Part shown: positions 57,231 through 64,000 of the stretch, piece by piece | Layout: every line of letters starts with the position of its first letter | Position numbering within the stretch: position 1 is the first letter of the stretch | IMG/VR virus record: IMGVR_UViG_3300050196_000085 | Coordinates: 5,046 to 69,045 of that record | Direction: 5' to 3' (one strand) | Origin: a virus | Length of the DNA: 64,000 bases | Translations under genes and position numbers: made by a program | The notes under the pieces: generated by a model | Databases searched by the model: none | What the model was told of the DNA's origin: nothing | The model's input: the letters and a program-made list of their open reading frames with translations, nothing else

Positions 57231-57707
57231 TTAGTCAATATACAAAAGAAGATCGGCCTTGAAATAGTCTGGTCCTTTGGCAATTTTGCCGTTGGCGTCT
57301 TTGATGCATTGGCCGTCGATGAACTTTGACCAGTTTGAACGATCAACTTCATTCAAAGCGTCGGCCACATTGTAGTTCATGAAATGAGCTACGCCTGTCG
57401 CTGTCACTATCTGATCGCACAAGGCATCCAGGTAGTTGACGTGGTTGGCTTCGTCGATCATGAAGACCACATCAGTGCTCTTCTTGAGGTGCTCGGCTAG
57501 GGCGTGCATTGCCAGCTTAGCATTTGCCAGTAGCACACGAGTTTCGCCGTCCAATCCGTCGATTTCCATAAGCATCTCATGGACTTCTTCGAAATGACAG
57601 CCGGTTTGCACCTGAATATCACGGACCGAACGGGTTTCTTTAGGCTTGGCGGTTTCGAACCAGCTTGCAATACTGGTGATTGTGTTTTTGTCAGCGGTGG
57701 GTATCAC
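57231..57707 (-). CDS. MazG-like nucleotide pyrophosphohydrolase
   Basis: CHFEEVHEM, LDALCDQIVTATG, EVDRSNWSKF..GKIAKGPDY. Confidence 0.85.
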   Translation of the reverse strand: MIPTADKNTITSIASWFETAKPKETRSVRDIQVQTGCHFEEVHEMLMEIDGLDGETRVLLANAKLAMHALAEHLKKSTDVVFMIDEANHVNYLDALCDQIVTATGVAHFMNYNVADALNEVDRSNWSKFIDGQCIKDANGKIAKGPDYFKADLLLYID

Positions 57708-58021
57708 GGTACTTCTTTCTGGCTCTGACGAAAATGCTCTTTTGTCAGCAGGTTGGTGATGAAGTCCTTGATGGAATGGTGCGGACCAAGTTGGTCGGCA
57801 ATCCAGTCGGACTGGGCCGGGGTCAATCGAGTAACAATGTCTTCCATAAACGCTCGACGGGTGTCGGCAGGGGGGACATTCAAAGCCTTGAGGCGCTGTG
57901 TTACCGTAGTGTGGTGGCAGTTGAGAATATTGGCTATGGTGCTAAGCGACAGACCCATGCTGTTCAGACGAACAAGGTCTGCATCATTAGCCTTGCGGTT
58001 GGCTCGGTACACATTAGACAT
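57704..58021 (-). CDS. HTH DNA-binding protein
   Basis: LNSMGLSLSTIANILNCHHTTVTQRL..PPADTRRAFMEDI. Confidence 0.8.
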   Translation of the reverse strand: MSNVYRANRKANDADLVRLNSMGLSLSTIANILNCHHTTVTQRLKALNVPPADTRRAFMEDIVTRLTPAQSDWIADQLGPHHSIKDFITNLLTKEHFRQSQKEVP

Positions 58022-58034
58022 TAGCAAATCCCAA

Positions 58035-58078
58035 AAAAAGAAGCCTCTCCCGAATTATCTCGGGAGAGGCTCTTTTGC
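58035..58078. terminator. Terminator after rIIB (bidirectional-looking)
   Basis: A-run, GCCTCTCCCGA-ATTATC-TCGGGAGAGGC, T-run. Confidence 0.8.
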
Positions 58079-58097
58079 AAGGTATCTTGGGGAGACC

Positions 58098-59966
58098 TTA
58101 AACCCAGTCAGGTTTGTTGGTCTTAATGCGTTCTATCTCTTTGTCGGAGAAACCGAGCACCTTCCAGCTTTTCTTGCATTCCTTCTGGTGCCGCCAGAGA
58201 CTGCCCCAGCGGGTTTTGCTGCCAGCCGCTGCCTGATTGAACAGGATGCGTGCGACTTCAGCACGAGTGCCTTCCATCTTCGGTTCCTTGGTGGTTGGTG
58301 AAGACTCAGAACCCGACGCCCCCAGCGTCGTCGGGTTCTTCGCGATAGGAGTTTTCTTGGGTGACGACTCAGCCGGAACCTTTGCTTCAGGCTTTGTGGT
58401 CGCTGCCGGAGTTGAAGTGGGTTGGCCGTTTGTCACAGGGCTGGTGCCCGGTGCCGTGATGAGAGCGATCTCTTCAGGGGCGAACCCGAGAACTTCCCAG
58501 CTCTTCTTGGCCTGCTTCTTGAACTCCCGCAGCTCGACCAGCTTGCCGTTGGTGTAGAGCATCCGTGCCTGCTGGCCCTTCGTCTGGCCTGCTTCCTTCT
58601 TGGTCGCAGCGACGTTGGCAGCGATGCCCTTCGTGTCGATCGGCTTTGGAGCAGTGGTTGCACCGTCCTTGCTGTCGTCAATCGAAGCGACAGGCTCAGC
58701 CGTCTTGGCTCGCTCGGTGATTTCCTTGAGTGCCTTGCTGTTCTCAGCTTCGCTGCCCAGCTTGGTCACACGGAGGTTGCCACCACGAGCACCACCGATC
58801 TCTACTTCTTCGATGACGCCGATGTGGTCGCCACGGATAATTGCCCCCAGCAGCTTGCCGGTTGCACTGTCCTTCGGGATAGGCTTGTTGGCGTAGACCT
58901 GAGCTTTGCCATCCTCCGGCACGTCAGCGACGATGTGGTAGCCGCAGACACGCATCTTGTGTCCGTCACGGGCAGGCACTGCGATGGCATCTTCCGGTGC
59001 CACCTTGATGATGCACATGACGCCATGCGATCCACGGAAGCCGCCGACGTATGCCCGGCGTGCAACGTGCAGACCGTTCGAGCATTCGTTGTGACGGTTG
59101 GGGTCCACCATCTTCTCGGCCATGAAGACCTTCGAGCCGACATGTTGGATGACGTTCCCGGAGTGGATGTCCTGATACTCACCGGCGTGATTGCCACGAC
59201 GGTTGAGCGTCTTGAACGCCACGAACGTGCCATCGTCGGCGATGGGCATATCGTTCTTGCTCATGAAGTTGAGCAGATCGTTGATGCTGTGGCCACGCTT
59301 GTCGATGACCTTGGAAATCCGCTGAAGGAATGCTTCAACGCCCTTGGTCGAGCCGAGCTTGAGGGCAATAGCCATATGGTCACGGAGGTGCTCCATGCCG
59401 GGGATGACCACCTGCTTGCCGGTCGCCCTGTCTTTTACCACGGCGATGATGGTCTCATCGTCCTTGGTCTCGTCGTCGGTGAAATTCTCCGAGGTGACGG
59501 ACTTGGCATTGGCGAGGATGGCATCCGTTGCCGACTGGAACTTGTCAGCCTTGGCCTGAGCCTCGGGCTTCAGCTCTGTTGGTTCAGGTGCCGCAGGCAC
59601 AGCCGGTGCCTCCAGCGAAGCATGGAGAGGGTTGAACGCTTCGACCGGAGCTGCGACCACAGGCACGGTGCCGATGGTTTGGGGTTCCAGCTTGGCCGGT
59701 GCCTCGAAGATGTGCTGCACGAACTTCTTGGCGACACGGAACAGCTTGACCAAGCCGCCCGTCTTCTCCTCGAACTTCTGGTAGCCGTTCTCTCCGGCGA
59801 AATCGACCGAGGCCACGAGGCCAGCGGCGATAGCAGGGGTGGCCAGAGCCACCATGTTGGGGATGCGAGGATCGGTGGAGACCAGATCAATGGTCTCCCC
59901 GTCTTCCTTGTAGAACGTGGTGGTATCTTCTCCGACCACGATAGCAATGACGCGAATGATCGCCAT
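58098..59966 (-). CDS. rIIB: rIIB-like protein
   Basis: DLLNFMSKNDMPIADDGTFVAFK..DIHSG..VDPNRHNECSNGLHVA..KMRVCGYHIV. Confidence 0.85.
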   Translation of the reverse strand: MAIIRVIAIVVGEDTTTFYKEDGETIDLVSTDPRIPNMVALATPAIAAGLVASVDFAGENGYQKFEEKTGGLVKLFRVAKKFVQHIFEAPAKLEPQTIGTVPVVAAPVEAFNPLHASLEAPAVPAAPEPTELKPEAQAKADKFQSATDAILANAKSVTSENFTDDETKDDETIIAVVKDRATGKQVVIPGMEHLRDHMAIALKLGSTKGVEAFLQRISKVIDKRGHSINDLLNFMSKNDMPIADDGTFVAFKTLNRRGNHAGEYQDIHSGNVIQHVGSKVFMAEKMVDPNRHNECSNGLHVARRAYVGGFRGSHGVMCIIKVAPEDAIAVPARDGHKMRVCGYHIVADVPEDGKAQVYANKPIPKDSATGKLLGAIIRGDHIGVIEEVEIGGARGGNLRVTKLGSEAENSKALKEITERAKTAEPVASIDDSKDGATTAPKPIDTKGIAANVAATKKEAGQTKGQQARMLYTNGKLVELREFKKQAKKSWEVLGFAPEEIALITAPGTSPVTNGQPTSTPAATTKPEAKVPAESSPKKTPIAKNPTTLGASGSESSPTTKEPKMEGTRAEVARILFNQAAAGSKTRWGSLWRHQKECKKSWKVLGFSDKEIERIKTNKPDWV

Positions 59967-59970
59967 GATG

Positions 59971-62523
59971 TTATCCTTCGATTGCTTGAACCAGAAGATC
60001 TCGGGTGAGATCCCTGTACTTGGTAGTGAGGAGGTTCGCCTCCCAGTGCAGAAGCACCGATGAAGTGCCACTACAGTCCATGACCTGAAGGAGCTTCGAC
60101 TTCCTCAGTATCTCGAATAGCTCCGTGACTGCTGAGTCGATCTTGATTTCCTTGATGGCCTTCTGAACAGCCTTGTACTGCTCACCGTAATGACTGATGT
60201 GATTACGCTCGAAAGCTGCCCACATCTTCATCAGATCCTTGTCGTGGTCGGTGCGATTATCCACCAAACCAAAGTATTCAAGGAGGTCTTGATCCTTGCG
60301 GATCACCGTGGCCCACTCCCCGATGCTCCGGTAGGAAGAACCGTAGCCGGTATCGACACGGGTCAGGTCGAAAGCGAGGTACTCCCTGATAAGAGGATTG
60401 GTCTCGTATTCCTCCACCAAGTTATTGAGGACATAATCGCTCCAGTCAATAGCCCCAAGGGTTTTGTAGCGATCGAATTGGTTCTGGTTGGCACAGAGGG
60501 CACCCTCGTCGCCGTAGAGTTTCAGTAGCAGCTTCGACTCAGGCTCGTTGAGGCCCTCGATATTCTTGTACTCGTTCCGCCGTCCATCCTTGACGATGAA
60601 CTTCGGGTTCTGGGTGCGAGCGATCTTGTCGTTGTAATCGGCAGCCCGGTTGAAGAAGTCGCCGTTGCTGTTGACGCAGGCCGAGAGCTTGGGGATGCCT
60701 GTTTTCTTGGGCTTCTTGACGATCTCCCCGGTGATGACCTTGGCTTCCCGGACCTTGTATTCCGCCTGTTGCTTGACGGTCAGGTCGATCAGGTTGACCC
60801 CTGCTGCCTTGAAGAAAGCACGGGCCTCCTCAACCTTGGCGTCTGCACGAGGCACGACATAGACGAGGCTGTTCTCAGCGTTGCCCAGCCAGTATTTGCA
60901 GATAGCAAAGTCGTCTGCACCACCCTCGACCACATCCATCTTGTTGAAGGACAGGATCACGATGTTGCGAAGGAACGGCATCATGTTGATGAGGTCGTTC
61001 GACTGGAAGGACGAAGCTGCCATGACCTTCTGTCGATCATGGCTGTAGGATCGACCGGCTGCCCCGTAGACGAACAGCTTGCTCGCCTTCAGACCAGACT
61101 CGGGCGTCATGCCCTTCATCAATGGCCAGAGCACATGCTGTGCGAACCAAGGGGATTGGACCTCACGCTGCTGGCCGGACCGGCGATGCTTGGTGGTGGT
61201 CTTGAAGCTCCGCAGATAGGCCCGCCTGAATGCGAGGATGGCCTTCTTCCCGTTGGTTCCATTGAAGCCGGAGGCGACCAGAGCATTCAGTCGCTTGAGG
61301 ATGTCCGTCTTTCGGAACCCCTGAAAGTCAGGGTAGGAGGAGTGGGCATACTGCCGAACGAACTGGGGGAAGTTGGTGAGATTGTTCTCCAGATCGTATT
61401 TGTATTCGGCCCGGCCCGTCTTGTAGAGGGCACCGTTGCTCATCCGCTGGGGCTTGTAGAGGTTGGGGATCTGCTCCTCGGTCTCGAACAGCACAGCAGG
61501 CGAAGCGTTAAGCCACGTCTCGTTGATCTGGTCATCGAGCAGCTTGAAGCACTCGACCTGAAGCTCCTTGTCACGGGTCTTCAGGAAGCCGATCATCAGC
61601 TCACGTATGGTGTTCAACGTGTGCTTCTGGAGAGACAGGCTCTCACGGCTCGGCGTGACCGACACGGTGTTCGGTGCTGCCTGAAGGACCAGTGTCCAAC
61701 TACCGTTGCGAGCATGGTAGCCGGTGCCAGCCACCATACGGGTGAGGAACTTGGTCACGTCATCCCACTGCGAGGCGAAGAACTCGTCCCGCTCGATCGG
61801 ATAGATGACGTTGCCATACCGGATCACGATCGGGCTGAACGCTTCCAGCGTCTGGTTCTTGGTGAGCATGAAGCCATGCACCATGTCGTTGAAGGGCAGG
61901 CTGTCGAGCAGCTCCCCGTTCAGCTTCATGTTCATGGCACCGTTCTGCACGATACGACGGATCAGGACAGCGAAACGACGACGGTCGGTCTCGTTCTTGA
62001 TCGCCAGTTTGACCTGCAATCCCGACTCGGAGGTCGGGGTGCTGACCACCGGAATGATCGAGGGCTTGCCGCCGACTTCAGCGTTGGACTTGGACAGCCG
62101 ATAGATGGTGCGTTCACCGTCGCAGAAGCTCGTGACCTCGAAGTCATCGACGTATGCGAAGGGGGACTTGCAGCCCAGACCGAAACCGCCAGTGACCTTG
62201 CCGTTGAGCACCTTGGTGGAGCCACCATAGGTGCCATAGACAGGGCCGATCTTGTTCTTGGGAATGCCGGGACCGAAGTCACGGATGATGAGATGCTTCT
62301 CGTCGAGGCTGATCTCGACGGCTCGATCCTCCAGCTTAAATTCGAGGTGAGCATCCCATGCGTTGCACAGGGTCTCACGAACGACTGCGAGGATTTGGTC
62401 GGAGTAGAGCGTGGACGAGAGGATGTTGAAGAACTCGGGGCTGTCGCTGATAGCGAAGTCGATAGCCTGAGCACCGGAGATGACCGCTGAGGTCACATGA
62501 TCTTGAACGTGAGTGACTTGCAT
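59971..62523 (-). CDS. rIIA: rIIA-like protein with an N-terminal GHKL ATPase domain
   Basis: LYSDQILAVVRETLCNAWDAH, IRDFGPGI, YGGSTK..TGGFGLGCKSPFAY. Confidence 0.9.
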   Translation of the reverse strand: MQVTHVQDHVTSAVISGAQAIDFAISDSPEFFNILSSTLYSDQILAVVRETLCNAWDAHLEFKLEDRAVEISLDEKHLIIRDFGPGIPKNKIGPVYGTYGGSTKVLNGKVTGGFGLGCKSPFAYVDDFEVTSFCDGERTIYRLSKSNAEVGGKPSIIPVVSTPTSESGLQVKLAIKNETDRRRFAVLIRRIVQNGAMNMKLNGELLDSLPFNDMVHGFMLTKNQTLEAFSPIVIRYGNVIYPIERDEFFASQWDDVTKFLTRMVAGTGYHARNGSWTLVLQAAPNTVSVTPSRESLSLQKHTLNTIRELMIGFLKTRDKELQVECFKLLDDQINETWLNASPAVLFETEEQIPNLYKPQRMSNGALYKTGRAEYKYDLENNLTNFPQFVRQYAHSSYPDFQGFRKTDILKRLNALVASGFNGTNGKKAILAFRRAYLRSFKTTTKHRRSGQQREVQSPWFAQHVLWPLMKGMTPESGLKASKLFVYGAAGRSYSHDRQKVMAASSFQSNDLINMMPFLRNIVILSFNKMDVVEGGADDFAICKYWLGNAENSLVYVVPRADAKVEEARAFFKAAGVNLIDLTVKQQAEYKVREAKVITGEIVKKPKKTGIPKLSACVNSNGDFFNRAADYNDKIARTQNPKFIVKDGRRNEYKNIEGLNEPESKLLLKLYGDEGALCANQNQFDRYKTLGAIDWSDYVLNNLVEEYETNPLIREYLAFDLTRVDTGYGSSYRSIGEWATVIRKDQDLLEYFGLVDNRTDHDKDLMKMWAAFERNHISHYGEQYKAVQKAIKEIKIDSAVTELFEILRKSKLLQVMDCSGTSSVLLHWEANLLTTKYRDLTRDLLVQAIEG

Positions 62524-62543
62524 GTTTGGTTCCTTTGAAATGA

Positions 62544-62582
62544 AGAGAGCCACGACTCACATGAATGTCGTGGCTCTCTCTA
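62544..62582 (-). terminator. Strong hairpin just upstream of rIIA
   Basis: GAGAGCCACGAC-ATTCATGTGA-GTCGTGGCTCTC followed by only a weak U-tract. Confidence 0.5.
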
Positions 62583-62584
62583 GT

Positions 62585-62795
62585 GCCGTTAAGATCTGCA
62601 CTGATCGCCCCACATTAGGACTCCGGGGGGGCATTAACGTGGTCAGTTCACATTGCGTATCCGGTTGAACTGACACTACCGGACTTCCACGGAGACTTCA
62701 TACGCTTCGGTCTCACTAGACGGAGCCATTCGGCTTAGCGGGGTGGCCTTGTGAATATGCAACCACCCCAGCCTACGCTGGCACAGCGTATGGTT
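62585..62795 (-). ncRNA. Structured intergenic RNA with an H-type pseudoknot
   Basis: TCCGGT-AGT-GTCAGTTCA-ACCGGA-TACGCAATG-TGAACTGAC, plus stems TACGCTG/CAGCGTA, GGGGTGG/CCACCCC, AGCC/GGCT, GAGAC/GTCTC. Confidence 0.5.
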
Positions 62796-62796
62796 G

Positions 62797-63141
62797 TCAG
62801 CGAGGGCTGGTAGCTTCCAACACAGCGTTGATGTCCGTGACGAAGCTCTCGTTCGCGCCGGCTTTGGTCAGCGTGTCGTTGGCTTCCGGCGATCCCTCGG
62901 GGACTGCTACCCAGTTGCAGTAGTCCTTCTCGTAACCACACTGGTCACAGTTCTTGCTGTCGAATGTACTGGATAGTCCCCATGCTTGAGTGTCCACATC
63001 CCACCGTGCCGTGGCATCACAAGATAGCTCATCCGAACCACAATTCTTACAGACCGGCTTCTCTCGGACTTTCGTCTTCGGGTTCGCCGGTGATGTCTCG
63101 GATGAGGATACGGGCACGGGTTCCATCTGCGAATTTGACAT
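62797..63141 (-). CDS. Zinc-ribbon protein
   Basis: CKNCGS..CDQCG; AAGGAGG RBS. Confidence 0.7.
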   Translation of the reverse strand: MSNSQMEPVPVSSSETSPANPKTKVREKPVCKNCGSDELSCDATARWDVDTQAWGLSSTFDSKNCDQCGYEKDYCNWVAVPEGSPEANDTLTKAGANESFVTDINAVLEATSPR

Positions 63142-63353
63142 CGCGAATTACCTCCTTGGTTCCATCTTCATGGTACAGATCTGCACAAAGGCAAAGCAGT
63201 ACATGGGCATCGATATTGGCTACCTTTTTGATGGGTTGTCGATAGCGTTCTTCGGTGAGCCACATATGCCCAGTCTCCCGGTCCATGCGGATGTTCAAGT
63301 TCTTTGGGTTCATGATACCGTATCCTGAGTTTTTTTTTTTTTTTTGGGCCATG
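63047..63353 (-). CDS. Hypothetical protein; start uncertain (63353 or 63313)
   Basis: ORF track frame, protein-like (NIRMDRETGHMWL..RDVKFADGTRARILI); an A16 run lies at the 5' end. Confidence 0.55.
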
Positions 63354-63400
63354 GCCCAATCGGCAAAGGCCCCGTCTAAAACCAAAAAAGATGTTGTCAG

Positions 63401-63718
63401 TTAATGGGCCTGCATTAAAACGGCGTTGCGTACCAACACCCCCATAGGAGTAAGACGGTAGCTATTGTATTCACGGGTAACAGTATTTTTATATTGTACC
63501 TGCTTGAGTTCGCACAGGTTCAGATCTTGATATTGCCACCATAGAAAACGGGCACCATTGCTACTGAAGCCACCTTCTTTGGCGGTTAACCAATAATCCC
63601 CACGGAGTTTCTGAATAGCCAGTCTTGCACCGTGAGTAAGCTTGTAGGCGATGAAATCAGCAGCGGCTTGTTCATCTTCTCGGATTTCAAAGGGAATTGT
63701 GATGGATGTGTGGGTCAT
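63401..63718 (-). CDS. Hypothetical protein (possible winged-helix)
   Basis: ORF track; ends YRLTPMGVLVR. Confidence 0.65.
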   Translation of the reverse strand: MTHTSITIPFEIREDEQAAADFIAYKLTHGARLAIQKLRGDYWLTAKEGGFSSNGARFLWWQYQDLNLCELKQVQYKNTVTREYNSYRLTPMGVLVRNAVLMQAH

Positions 63719-63951
63719 CGCCGCCCTCTGCGGTGTTTCTTGGTTGGATCAAAATCCAAGTAACTGGCATCCTTGCCATTTTGTTTAATGGGTTTGTCCA
63801 CTATCCTTGGTTCCGGGATTGGTTCCGACGAGTCTTTTACGAGCTTGTACTCGGTTTGGGCTGGCAGATTATAGAGCAGGTCGAACATTCTTTCGTAGAT
63901 GTCCCTCCCATCGGAGGGCTCAACCCTCGTGATGTCGTCTATGATAGCCAT
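63715..63951 (-). CDS. Hypothetical protein
   Basis: ORF track; overlap coupling with the next gene. Confidence 0.6.
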   Translation of the reverse strand: MAIIDDITRVEPSDGRDIYERMFDLLYNLPAQTEYKLVKDSSEPIPEPRIVDKPIKQNGKDASYLDFDPTKKHRRGRR

Positions 63952-64000
63952 TGTGGCTTCCCGACCACTAATGGGATCATCCAGATTGATGGGCTTGTAG

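Noticed and set aside
62640-62690. GGAAGUCCGG resembling RNase P CR-I
   Set aside because: The other RNase P conserved regions and the P4 bulge pattern are missing.
1-64000. CRISPR array, integrase or transposon
   Set aside because: No regularly spaced repeats, and no recombinase or transposase motifs seen.

Overview
This window is about 64 kb of an N4-like phage genome (Schitoviridae-type). It encodes a giant 3768-aa virion RNA polymerase, a two-subunit RNAP II, N4-type portal, capsid and terminase genes, DNA polymerase A, helicase, primase, SSB, a RuvC-like resolvase and rIIA/rIIB. The assembly is permuted: N4 gp1/gp2 early homologues run leftward on the minus strand from about 12.05 kb, and the late/terminase block runs rightward from about 12.77 kb. 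The physical genome ends (inferred) therefore fall near 12.1-12.7 kb. The host is probably an alphaproteobacterium (weak inference from the lysis and tail genes). The most unusual part is a ~2.3-kb segment with no credible ORF (500-2810, minus strand). It holds one canonical tRNA-Arg(UCU), a textbook hammerhead ribozyme, a circularly permuted tRNA-like fold whose acceptor stem is capped by a C(UACG)G tetraloop, several CCA-terminated non-canonical tRNA-like units, and a long, densely structured RNA. Two HNH endonuclease genes appear to have invaded the extreme ends of the RNAP II subunit genes and left recognisable orphaned termini behind. Other highlights are a three-module candidate anti-defence 'sponge' fusion, a second HExxH domain inserted in the vRNAP, GNA-triloop DNA hairpin clusters, and a pseudoknotted leader before rIIA. 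All homology calls are from recognition by eye; no searches were run.
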